Below are positions 1 to 10,939 of a DNA stretch of 49,262 nucleotides, piece by piece. Both the position numbers and the translations under genes were made by a program. Position 1 is the first letter of the stretch. The number at the start of each line of letters is the position of its first letter. The notes under the pieces were generated by a model. The model did not search any database. It had not been told where the DNA came from and saw only the letters and a list, made by a program, of their open reading frames with translations. The stretch comes from Rhizaria sp. SCN 62-66 (lineage: Eukaryota): the NCBI GenBank assembly GCA_001724265.1, contig MEDY01000216.1, positions 1-49,262 on the forward strand, given 5' to 3'.

Positions 1-397
1 TCTTGGCGGCAAGGATGTTAGACTTGTGCGCCTCCATGCCGCGCAGGCGCTGCTGCTTGCCCTGATCACGGAGGATGATAAAGGGCTGGCCATTCTCTGA
101 GGATGTCGTGGGGCACATGATTTTAGAGCGTGAGCACGAAAAGAAATCAACAGGTTAGAGCGCACTAAGTCGCATCAACAGATATACCAATCAATTTTAA
201 AGACATAAGATGAACTCAATTCCGTATCAGAGCGCGGGTTGGTGCTCTAAAGGGTTATGCATGTGAGACGGAACGAGGTGTCCATGAGGCACACGACAGC
301 GCAATTGAGAGGAAATATCTCATTGTTCCCGGGGTTGAATAGAGAACGTACCATCGTAGGCAACCTGGGGGTTTGCGAAATCGGGGTTAACTGCCAT
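1..397 (-). CDS. CCT5: T-complex protein 1 subunit epsilon (CCT5), 5' part; exons 397-352 and 96-<1
   Basis: Splicing GTACGT (351) to CAG (97) gives MAVNPDFANPQVAYDENGQPFIILRDQGKQQRLRGMEAHKSNILAAK. This matches the CCT-epsilon N-terminus pattern DExGxPFxIxxDQxxxxRLxGxEAxKSxIxAAK. The gene runs off the window edge and is absent from the ORF track in this form. Confidence 0.93.
97..351 (-). other. spliceosomal intron (255 nt) of CCT5
   Basis: GTACGT donor and CCTCAG acceptor; phase 1 restores the conserved D-E-N-G motif. Confidence 0.9.
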
Positions 398-602
398 ATT
401 AAAGCTATTCACGTCCGAAAACAGACAAATCGATTCAAACCAGATCTGCTCCTGTTCAAATTCGGGAAACAGCCCGCGCACGCAACCGTTGCAGGGCTGG
501 ACCGAAAAAAGGCAGCGACACAGAAATGTCACGATATCCAACTTGAAATCAAAAGTGAACCTTTGTATTACATATCATTTGCTAAATAACATAATCATTG
601 TT

Positions 603-3600
603 TTAAAATCCGCCGTTCGCGCGCGTCTTGGCCTGCGCGTTCCCGGCGTATTTCCCGCTCCACGTCAGCCGCCCGTGTGCCCCCACGCGCAGCACGGGGC
701 CCTCAACGGCGCCCAGTGCCCACCGGCGCACCGCCACGGGGCCCGTCGCGCCCGCAGCGCCACCAAGGCCGTCGTACGCACCAGGCCCCGCGGGCGCAAG
801 CCCGAGCGAGAGGTCCGTCAGCGCGCCCGCGGTCGCCGCAGTCAGGCCCAGCGCAGCACCGTGGCCGAGACCGCTGCGGCCAGCGCTGCCGCCGCTGCTG
901 ATGTTGCTGTGCGAGGGTAGCGGCGTGGTGAGCGCGTTGCGGTGGATGGAGACGGTTGCGGCGGGCGCGGCGCGGAACCGGCGGTCGAGCCAGCGCTGTT
1001 CCACCGCGATCACGTCCTCGCTCTCCTCGCCTGCGCCCGCGCCCGCACCTGCGCCCGCAGCGGCCGCGGCAGTGCCAGCGGCGCCAGCAGCGGTGCCGGC
1101 GGCGGGCCGGTTCTCGGCAAGCACCAGTGCCTGCTGCTGCTGCTCAATCTGCTGGAGCTGTTGCTGCTGCTGCGCGCTGACGGCGCCCGCGCCGCCAGCC
1201 CGCGCCTTGGCCTCTGCCGCGGCGGCTGCGCGCGCGCGCAGCGCCCCTCTGGCGGCCGAGGACTGGAGCCCGCGCGCCCAGGCCGCGGCGGCCGAGTGCG
1301 TGCCCATCGCGCGCACGCCGCGGCCGCGCGGCAGGGCGCCCGCCGCGATCACCGCCGCCGCAGCGGCCGCCGCGGCCGCCGACGACTGCGGCGGCGCCGC
1401 GCCGGCTGAGGCGGAGCCCGCACCGACGCCAGCGCCAGCGGCCGCGGAACCCGGGACAGAGTTGTTAGCGATGTTGGCGCTGCTCACATACCCGTTGTGG
1501 CTGTGAAACGCACCAACGCCGCCGCCGACAGCAGCGCTGGCGGCAGCAGCACTGGCCGCGTTGCCGTTGCTGCCCATGTGGCTGAGGTTGACGCCGCCGC
1601 CGTTCGCGCCGGTGCCCGGGTGTCCGGCTCTGAGTCCCGCCGCGCCGCCGCCGCCGCGGAGCGCGCTGAGGCCGCTGCCGGCGTGCGGCCCGCCCTGGAC
1701 GAGCAGTGCAGCGGCCTCAGCCTCGGCGGCGGCGGCCAGCGCGGCGGCGGCCGTGGCGGCGGCGGCCTCCTCCTCGGCCTCGGCGACGGCGTCGGCCTCG
1801 GCGTCCTCCAGGTCGCGCAGCCCCGCGGGTTCGCCGGCGCCAGCGGCGGCCGCGCCCGCGGAGGACGCGGCCGACGCAGAGGCTGAGGAGCCAGAGTCGC
1901 GACTGCCGTTGCGGCCGCCGGCGCGGAGGACCGTCGCCAAGGGACGCAGAAGTCCTAGAGATAAGGCAACACAAAAGACATGAGTAGAGATATGAGATAT
2001 TTGACATCAATAAAAACAACTCAAGTGAGACAACAAATATTTGCAGAATAGTCTATCTCATGCAAGTCAAGCAGTGATGCAGTACGTACCGGGGTCGAAG
2101 TTGACGGAGGGCTCCCACCAGGAGCGCAGGAAGAGCCTAAAGTCGGCCTCGGACACAGCGCCCGTGGCGTCTGCGACGGCCAGCTCGTCCAGGTCAAGCA
2201 GCCCCTCGCCCCAGCCACCGCTGGGCGCGGCCGCGGCGCCGCCCGACCCCGTGAGCTCGCCAGACACAGCGCCAGAGCCCGCGCCGGCGCCGGGGCCGCC
2301 CTTACGACCGCCCGCGCCGTTCGCGTTGGCAACGGCGGCGGCGGCGGCGGCGGCGTTCTTGCGCCTAGCCGTGAGTGCGGCGACCACAGCGCCGGCCCCG
2401 CGCGCGCCTGAGTAGGCCGACGCCGACGCCGCGGCGGCGACCGCAGCCGCCGAGGAGGACGACGACGTGCCCGCGCCCGCGGGGCCCGCGGCAGCCGCGG
2501 CGGCCGCGTCGTCATCCTCGCGCGCGCCCTCGGTGACGACGCGCAGCAGCTCCTCCTTGCTGACGCGGCCGCCGCCGGCGCGTGCCAGGGCCAGGAAGCG
2601 GAACGCGGCGGCCTCGCGCTGCGCCGCCGTCAGATGCGTCGGCGGCGTCAGCAGCGAGACGGAGCGCGACCACGACACCTCGCCCGAACGCAGCCCGCGG
2701 CGGTGCAGCAGCAGCGCCAGCAGGTCCGCCGCAGAGACGAGGCTGTCGCTGTCGGCCGTGTTCAGGTCAAACACCCCGCCGCTGCCGCTGCCGCCACCGC
2801 CGAGACCGAGACCGGCGCCGCCGCCGTTCGCGGAGCCGGGCGCAGAGAGGACGCCGACGCTGGGGCTGGAGCTCAGCAGCGCGCCCGTGCCAGCAAGGCG
2901 GCCCGGTGCGAAGAAGTCGGGCGTGTAGCCCGCGGCGGCGAGCTCCTTGCCGATCGGCTGCGTCGCCGGGTGCGAAAGCAGCGCCGCCACGCACGCGCCC
3001 AGCCGCGCGCGGCCCGCCTGCGCCTGCGCCTGTGTCGGCGTCGGCGTCGGCGAGGCCGCCGTGGCCGTCGCGCCGGCGGGTGACGTGGCTGCAAGCGACA
3101 CCGCCGCGATCGACGTGCTACCAATGTTGGCGACGCCGACGATGTTCCCGCTGGCGCCGGCGCCCGCGCCGGAGGCGGTGGCGCCGGCGGAGCCCAGCAG
3201 CGCGTGCGGAGAGAGCCCGAAGCCGAGGCCGAGCGAGGCAAGGCCGGCCGCCACGGCGGCGGGGGCCACGCTCCCGCCCGGCGCGCTGTGCCCGTGCCCG
3301 TGCCCGTGCCCGTGCCCGTGCCCGTGCCCGTGCGCGTGCCCGTGCGCGGCGCCCCCGCCCCCGCCATAGTAGGACCCGTGCGCGCTCGCCGCCGACGGCG
3401 CGGTGCCTGTGCCGGAGGCCCCGGGCACGGCGGGCAGCGTGAGCGCCAGCGAGCCTGCGCCAGCGCCGACGAGAGAGTCCGCGTCGGCGTCGGCGGCGAC
3501 GCGGTCCACAGTGCGCTGCATGGCGCCGATGAGCTGCCGCGTGAGCGACACGGGCACGGCCGAGCGCAGCACGTTGAGCTGTTCGCGCGTGGCGCCCACG

Positions 3601-5840
3601 TAGAGCGCCTCGAGCAGCCGCGGGAAGGACAGGTACGCGTGCAGTGCGGCCTCCAGCTCCGCCGCGGGGACTCCTGTCGCCGCCGCCGCCGCCAGCGCGG
3701 CGGGGGACAGCACCAGGTTCGCGTTGCTGCCGTTGCCGCTGCTGCTGCAGCCGCTGCTGTTGCTGCTGCTGCTGTTGTTATTATTGTTACTGTTGCTCAC
3801 GTGTCCGCTGTTGCGTGCACCGGTACCGTTGGCGCGCCCGTTCGGCCCGGCCACAGCGGCGTTGCCGGGGCCGGCGGCGGCGTTGTTCGCGGACTGGCGC
3901 GCGAGCGGGTCGCCCGTGGCGGCGGCCCACGCGGCCGACGCTTCATCCTCGAAGCCCGAGATGGCGGCGGCCGAGGGCAGACGCGCGATGCGCGCCAGCA
4001 TCGCCGGCTCCGCCAGCGCGGCCGCAAGGTCGCGCGCAAGCGCCGAGGCCTGCAGCAGCGCGGGGGGCGGCCGCCGCAGCACGTGCAGGCGGATGAGGCC
4101 GCGCGCGTCGGCGTCGAGGGCGTCGAAGACCGCGAACAGCGCGCGGGCCTCGCGGGGGGAGAACTGGGTTGGGGGGAAGCGCGCAAGGCAAGGGGGTTGA
4201 GGATATGGAGATACGGTGAGACAATACTGATTGATGATGATGTTACGCTAGCTAAATTTTACAAAACAACTCAAGAGATCACTGGAAAACAGAATATGGT
4301 AATGAAATTTGTTAATGCGCACCTTCTCCGAGAAGCGGAAGCGAACCATGGCGCCGGAGTTGAGACTGCCCTTGCCGCTGCCACTGCCGCTGCCGGACGC
4401 GCCGGCGCTGCCCCGGGCCCGCGCGCGGCGGCCGCTGCCGGGCGCAGTGCCGCCTGCCGCCGCGGGCGCAGTTGCCGCTGCAGCAGCGCTCGCAGCGGCC
4501 CTGGGTTGCGACTGTTGCTGCTGCTGTTGGAAACTGCTCGAGGACTGGCCGCCCCGCGCGCCGCCGCCGCTGGAGGCCCCCGTGAAGGAGCCCAGTCCCA
4601 GCAGCGCCAGCGGCGACGGCAGCGGCTGCCCCCTGTTGTACGCGGCGCCACCCCCGCTCGCGGCCGCCGCAGTCGCCGCCGCAGTGAGCTGTGGCGCGAA
4701 CCCGAGCGCCGAGGCCAGCTCGCTCGCCGTGAGCCCCGCGGCGCCCGCACGCCGGGCCTCGGACGCCACATGCGCCAGCGCCGCCGCCAGCGCGCCCGCG
4801 CCCGCGCTCACGGCCGCCGCCAGCGCGGAGGCCCGGTTCGGCGTGCTCTCTGACAGGAGCAGCAGCGCGCGCGCAACGTCCTCCTCCGCAGCGCCGCCAG
4901 CGCCGCCATTGCCGGCGGCGGCGGTGCTGCCGAACACGTTGGCACTCGCGCCGCCGCCGGTGTGCAGGGTTGGGAAGGGGGCAGCGGGGAGCGCGAAGAC
5001 GCAGGCGACCGCGTTGGCGACGTGCGCGAACAGGCGCAGCACGCATTTACGCGGCATGCCGCCCCGGCCGCGCGCGCGCCCACGCACGCGGCCACCCACC
5101 GCGCCCGCGCTCGCACCCGCGGCCGCAGGCGTCAGCGTCGCAGTCGTCGATGCAGCAGCAGTGGCGGGAGTGGTTGCTGCAGCGGCGGCGTCAGGGCTCG
5201 CGGCGCCTCCAGCCGCGGCAACTGAGGCGCCGGGAGCGCCCTTCAACGGCGTCGCCGCAGCGCCGCCCGCGGCGGGCTTGCCGGGGGCCGAGCGCGAGGG
5301 CGGGCGGCGGCTGCTGAAGCGGTACGTGGCCGCCGCGGCCGCGGCCTGGTCGTGGCCATACGCAGCGGGACCCGGGCCGCCGGCGCCGGCGGTGGCGACG
5401 GCGCGGCCGCCCGCCGCGGCGGCGGCGGCGGCGGCGGCGGCCGTGGCGGCGGTGGGCCCCGCAAGCGCGTCCGCGTCGAGGTCCTCGGGCGCGAGCGAGA
5501 AGAGCGCGCACAGCGCGTCGGCCTTGGCGCGCGGGGCGGCGTCGCAGAGTAGCACCAGCACGGTCACCAGGTGCGCGAAGGGCACCGTGGTCAGTGGCGG
5601 CACCGCGCCCGCGCCGGCGGCGTTGGCGGCGGCTGGGGACGCGGCGGAGAGGTGCGCGGCGAAGAGCGCGGGGTCGCCGCCGAGCGCCTACCACACCGCG
5701 GCCGCGGGCGGCGAGAAGGAGCCCACCGCCGGCGCGGGCGGGCCCGAGAGCGACGGGGACGGGAGCGGCGGCGCGGCGGCCGCGACAGGGCTCGGCACGG
5801 CGTCGCCGTCCGCCGGGAAGGCCAGGTCTGCGTCGACGTC

Positions 5841-5883
<43 letters not shown>

Positions 5884-6281
5884 AAGTTACTGTCGGTGTT
5901 GCTGGCGGGCGAGAGGGGAAACTGTGGGGAGCCGGGGCCCACCGCGACGGCGGCAAGTGGGCCAATAAACGCGCGCGCGGCCGCGCCGTCGCCCGCGGCG
6001 CCGATGCGGAGGTCCGCGGGGATGAGCTGCGCGATGTCGGGGACGCGGCCCAGGCGGGCGTTTTGCGAGCCCGCGGCCTGGGGCCCGCAGAGGCGGAGGA
6101 ACATCACGGGGTCAACGGCGTAGCCGAAGCCCGCCTGGTGGCGCTCAAACAGAGGCGTCAGGGCGCGGATGTCGACCAGAGACCAGCGGCCAAAGTGGCG
6201 CAGGGCCGGGTGGATGCAGTCGGCCCAGCACCGCACAGGATCCTTGTGGGCCTCCAAGAGCACATCCAAGATGTTGCCCAT
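603..6281 (-). CDS. Large EF-hand-containing low-complexity protein (~1794 aa); exons 6281-4323, 4163-2090, 1954-603; internal in-frame TAG at 5690-5688
   Basis: ORFs 5688..6281, 4248..5603, 2067..4082 and 603..1940 join through two phase-compatible GT-AG introns and read-through of one TAG. EF-hand-like segments: ARALFAVFDALDADARGLIRL, VFDLNTADSDSLVSAADLL, ARAGGGRVSKEELL, DATGAVSEADFRLFL. The N-terminus MGN.. is a possible myristoylation site. Ends in TAA. Confidence 0.72.
1955..2089 (-). other. spliceosomal intron (135 nt)
   Basis: AT-rich island, GTACGT...CTCTAG; phase 1 joins DP-G-LLRP. Confidence 0.85.
3288..3345 (-). repeat. (GTGCCC)n hexamer repeat encoding a His-Gly run
   Basis: Tandem GTGCCC units seen directly; translates as HGHAHGHGHGHGHGHGHGH on the minus strand. 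Confidence 0.9.
4164..4322 (-). other. spliceosomal intron (159 nt)
   Basis: AT-rich island, GTGCGC...CCCAG; phase 0 joins FSEK-FSPREA. Confidence 0.85.
5844..5882 (-). repeat. (GCT)n trinucleotide tract encoding poly-Ser
   Basis: Pure GCT run on the + strand, read as AGC codons in the minus-strand gene. Confidence 0.9.
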
Positions 6282-6602
6282 GGGAGACCTGTTTGATCGT
6301 CCAGAAAGGATTTAAGAAAATAAATGAATATTTGTAAGTTTGAATTGTCTAAACATTGAATTACACGTCTTGGAGATGCTACTGGCATGTGACTTGATCA
6401 GATTTCAAAACTGGCTTGACGATCAGGCTAAACCGTTTCTTTCGACCATGTACACGAGGGAGAGTTCAAAGTCGAACTGAAACAAAGCATAACTCACTTC
6501 AATAGCCATTAAGTGATAAATTAGGCGCGGATTGCGATACCTGTGTTGTTCATTTTTATAATCCCTTTTTACTGCTTTTAAATTTGTTCTTGAATAGGGC
6601 TT

Positions 6603-8021
6603 ATGAACCGTGACAAGCCCGCGGTGGAGATGCCCGAGGTGCGAATCGACCCCGTCAAGTTCGCGCTCGACGACTTCGGTCTCGACGACGACTGGCAAAC
6701 GCTCACGCACGAAGACGTGCGCGACCTTCAGAAGCTCTTCGAGTTCTTTGTCGCCCAGGTACGCCCTTATCATTCTCTTCAACACTCCTCTCCAAGTAAC
6801 CACCTTTCGATCGCCTGCTCTGTTCATGACTATGCTCATTATCTGCTCTGCTTGACCCAATACCTTTCTGTTTGCTGCTCGCGTGTGCATTTTCCTGCGC
6901 AGAACCCCGATACGGTGGACCCCGCGGATGAAGAGGAGGACGACGACCCGACGGACGACGAGGACGACGCCGCCGCGCTCGTGGGCTACCCCAACTCATC
7001 CTCGCTCAACAACCCCTCTGCCACCCAAAGCTCCGGAGCGCTCTCCGACGGCAACGCGGCCTTCTCGGCATCAGGCCCCGTCCCGGGCGCGGTGGCGGCG
7101 GCGAGCAAGCCGAAGCGGCCGCGCGTCTTTTCGACCCGCGGCGCGGCGCGGCTGCTGCAGGCGCTGGGGCTCTTCCTGCCCTTCCGCGACGTCCAGCGCA
7201 TGCTCAACGACACCAAGCGCTACATCGACCACGTACGTCCGGCAGTCATGCAACCGCTACTCAGACTGCGCGGTGTATCTTGTGTGATCATGAAATATGT
7301 CATTCTATGTTGATTCCCAACGTCATCGTGCTCACCTGTCTCCGCAATTTCCACAACTTATTCTTCGTTTTTATTAACAGGGCCGCCCCGCGGGCGCGCT
7401 TGATGCCGGCCTGACCTCTGCCTCGTCTTCTGGCGGCCCTGGCGGCGACCCGGCGTCCGCAGACGGCGGCTTTTATATCCCGGCCTCTGACGTGCGCGGC
7501 CTGACGTACGACGACTTCGTCATGCTCTATGCGCTCGCCAGCAAGGAGCTCTCCACCGACCGCGAAGTACGCCAGATTGTTATATATGTGTTTGTGTAGC
7601 CGTGCAATACGAAATCGCACATTCGTGTAATCGCACTCATCACTTCACTCGTAGTCATGTTCTCGCCTCTCTCACGCATGCCTTGTTTTCACTCACCTTG
7701 ACTCGATGTCTCCATTGTCCTCGCTCTCCTTCACTCCATCCTTAGGTGCGCGAGGCGTTCCGGTTTCTGGACGACGACTTCGACGGCTTCGTCGAGGTGC
7801 CGAAGCTGGTGGCCGTGTTGGGCCCGCTGCTGGGGCTCGACGCGCCGCGCACGCAGGCGCTGCTGCTTAAGGCGCGCGCGCCCGCCGCGGCGGGCAAACT
7901 GGCCCAGACCGGACACGGCGCCGCGCGCGCGCAGGCTGCGCAGTCGGCGCTGAGTCCGCAGGACTGGCTTCAGACCGGCAAGATGTCCTACGCAGAGTTC
8001 GTCGAGTTCCTCAGCATGTGA
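6603..8021 (+). CDS. Calmodulin/centrin-like EF-hand protein (~315 aa); exons 6603-6758, 6903-7232, 7381-7566, 7746-8021
   Basis: Three phase-0 introns: GTACGC..CAG 6759-6902, GTACGT..CAG 7233-7380, GTACGC..TAG 7567-7745. The spliced product has a calmodulin-like order: LTHEDVRDLQKLFEFF ... LLQALGL..DVQRML ... LTYDDFVML ... EVREAFRFLDDDFDGFV ... GKMSYAEFVEFL. Ends in TGA. An extra 5' exon is not excluded. Confidence 0.85.
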
Positions 8022-8535
8022 GGCGAGGGCGGTGTGCTCGCTCGCTCAGTCCCACTCACTCACCGGTCACTTGGTAATGGTGAAGCGTTGTAATTCGTGA
8101 TGTTATATAGCAAGTCGTTTTCTTTCGTAGTCTTAGTTTGTTTGATTTATCGTTTCTTTTGTCATGTTTTACTGTCCCCGAAGCTGGACAACAACCTTTA
8201 AGAATGTTGAATGTATTAAGCTTACATCCAACTATAAAATCGTGGATAATACACATATCAGCACATATATCACTGTTATAATCATACCTAAATATAAATT
8301 CAGTCATCGAACCTCATATGTAGGCACTTGACGAAGCTTGTGTCGCGATAAATAGCGCATTCTCACTAGTCAGTGTTTAGTGTGTTTCTAACAGTGCACA
8401 TCCACGCACAGAAAAGAATCGAAATCGCACGCGAGACAGTAGTAGAGCAATGGCCAGTGCTGAACGTGGTTTGTGTTGCAAAATACATATAGACAAGGCT
8501 TTTTCTGTCGATAACGGTGTCAGAGGGTGAGTGGC

Positions 8536-9126
8536 TCACTTGGTCGCGCTCGAGTCAGCCGGAGCAGCGGCGGCGGCGCTAGCGTCGCCGGCGGCCGGGG
8601 CGGTGCCGGGGGCGGGGAGCGGCCAGGTGCGGCCCGTGGGAGCCGTGTCAACGTTCTTGAGGTAGGGCGCATGGCTGACGATGCCCTCGAAGTCCTTTTG
8701 CGTCATGCGGCCGCGCGTCTCGCGCGAGCGGTTGATCATGTGCTGCGGGGTCGACGGAGTGAAAAGAGCATACAGAGGTGAGATTTAAGCAAAAACAAGT
8801 AAATTGGTACGATTCGCAGTCTTGAATAAGACTTAAATATGATATCTCAGAACCATTTGCGAAATAGAGCGTATGGTGCGATATAAATGGTGTGAAAGTG
8901 AACGAACCTGGAGGTTTTGTGAGGTGACGACGGCGCGCTCCTCGAAGACGCGGCGCTCCTCGGGAGTGAGGTTAGCAACCATGCGCTCAGAGGAGGGTTC
9001 AGAAATGAACTTGACGCCAAGGTACGTAGGAACGATAAGGATCATCGATGCCAATGTACCGCGCACGAGGCGTTGCATGAAAGTCAGCTCCTTAATCGGG
9101 TTCACACTCTTGACGAAAGTGGTCAT
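8536..9126 (-). CDS. Small single-TM protein resembling the Cbp4/UQCC3 cytochrome bc1 assembly factor (~141 aa); exons 9126-8908, 8742-8536
   Basis: Intron GTTCGT..CGCAG 8907-8743 (165 nt, phase 0). A hydrophobic helix (GTLASMILIVPTYLGVKFI) is followed by EPSSERMVANLTPEERRVFEE, which recalls the Cbp4 motif PxxEELIxxLSPELRxxYE. The family call is tentative. Ends in TGA. Confidence 0.6.
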
Positions 9127-9451
9127 GTCTTTCTATGATTTAAATGCACATGTATGAGAGTGTAAAAAGACGATCAAAATTGAACATTGTTTTTAAACTC
9201 AATTCTATGTATCAACGCGCCGCTGATGCTCAGACAACGGCACATCTGGTATCTAAATAACGTTTGTCGGCTGGAAGCTCAGCTGCGGCAATCAAGCTCA
9301 CTCCACCACAAACCATGAAATCAAGTGACGCGCATCGAAGTTTGCGTAGGTACGACTAAATATCGGTATAACACGCAACGCGTATATTTTAAACCTGGAG
9401 CTCAAGGTGTAGCACTAAATATGATAGTTATGGCTGTTGGAAGCTATGATG

Positions 9452-10907
9452 TCACCAAAGTGCCAAAGGGAGATCCATGAGCACCGTGACCGCAGTCTCC
9501 GCCCCGGCCGCGCCGGAGCCACCCGCGCCCGCGCCGCCCGCCGCCGCGCTGCCGCCCGCGCCGCCCAGCGGCCCTGCGTCGGCGCCCCAGAGCGCGCGCG
9601 GCCAGAGCTGGTCGCGCGCCGCAGTGACGGCCTCAACCGCCATGCCCATGCCTTGGCCGGTGGTGACAGTGACGGTGTGTGGCTCCCGCCCCGCGCTCGC
9701 AGTCGCCTCCATGCATCCGCCGTCGCTCGCCGCAGCCACGCCTGCTGTCATGTCTGTTGTCGGTGCTGCTGTCGGCGATGTTGGCAAAGCGGGGCCGTAG
9801 AACGCGGGGTCGATCCAGAGCGGCACATCGGGGCGAGGCAGCGGCGTCAGCGCGGGCCGCAGCAGCCACTGCGCGCCGCCACCCTTCCCCGCGCCAGAGC
9901 CAGAACTAGAGCCAGCGCCAGAGCCAGTGTCAGCGCCAGGGGCACTGCATGCCGTGGCGTCAGCGGCGTCAAGCGCGCTCTTGCCGCCAACGACACCCGC
10001 GCCCGCGCTCGCAGTCGCGCCCCCGGGGAGTGCAGACGGGCTGTTGTGGAGAGAGGTGCGAAGCCTGAACGAGGCTACAGCGACGGGGGCGGCGGCCGCG
10101 GCGACGGCAGCGGCGGCGCGCGCGGCTGCAGTAAGTACAATCTCCGCAGCCTCCGCAGGCGCCAAAGCTGTGTCTTCATTGTTATTGCTATTGTCACTGC
10201 TGTCCGCGACGGCTGACGCAATGACGTCTTCGAGCATCTCGAGCAAGGGCCGTGTCGGCAGGCCGCGCGCCGTCACACCGACGGAGGCGTCCACGGTCGT
10301 GCTCACAGTCACCCCGCAGCCGCCCACGGTCGCCCCCGGTGCGCTCGCTGGCGCGGCACCGCTACTCCCAGTCACGGGGAAAGTTGGACTGCTTGCGTTC
10401 GCGCCGGCGCTTGTGTTGGCGCCGGCAGCCGCGGTGATTGTGGTCGCGCCGACGGGCGGCAGCAGCGGCACGGTACCCACGGTCACCGTAAGCGGCACGA
10501 CAAGCTCCCGCGACGGATCGTGGCGGCTCACGGTCACGCCGCTGCAGCAGTGGCAGACAGGCGCGGCCGACGCCGACGCCGGCGCCGCACTGTGAGCTGT
10601 GTCCGCAGGCTCCGCGCCCCATGGACTCAGAGTCAGGGTTAAGCCGCCTCGATAAGGACTCGAGCCGCCCTGTCGTTGTGGCGCGCAGTGCCGCTGCGGC
10701 GGCCCGAGCTCGTAGCGCACCACGGGCAGCGTGCCCAGGTCTACGTGCGCCAGCTCGACGAGGTCCAGCGCGGCCGTCGCCGCAGCGGTCGCCAGGGTGG
10801 CGGCGCACGCCGCAAGAAGGGCGCGGGCTGCGCCATTGCCCGCACTGCAGCCGGGGTAGGGGGCGACTGCGCCCGAGTCGCCGACCTGCGGCAATGAGCG
10901 TTGTTGT

Positions 10908-10939
<32 letters not shown>

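Noticed and set aside
5688-5726. Tiny in-frame GT..AG introns (9 nt GTGTGGTAG, or 39 nt from GTGGGC) that would remove the TAG
   Set aside because: They are far below the local intron sizes, GC-rich, and their donors do not match GTNCGY. Not formally excluded without RNA data.
6423-6890. 155-aa minus-strand ORF, and similarly 257..589 +
   Set aside because: They are antisense to well-supported spliced genes and run across introns and spacers.
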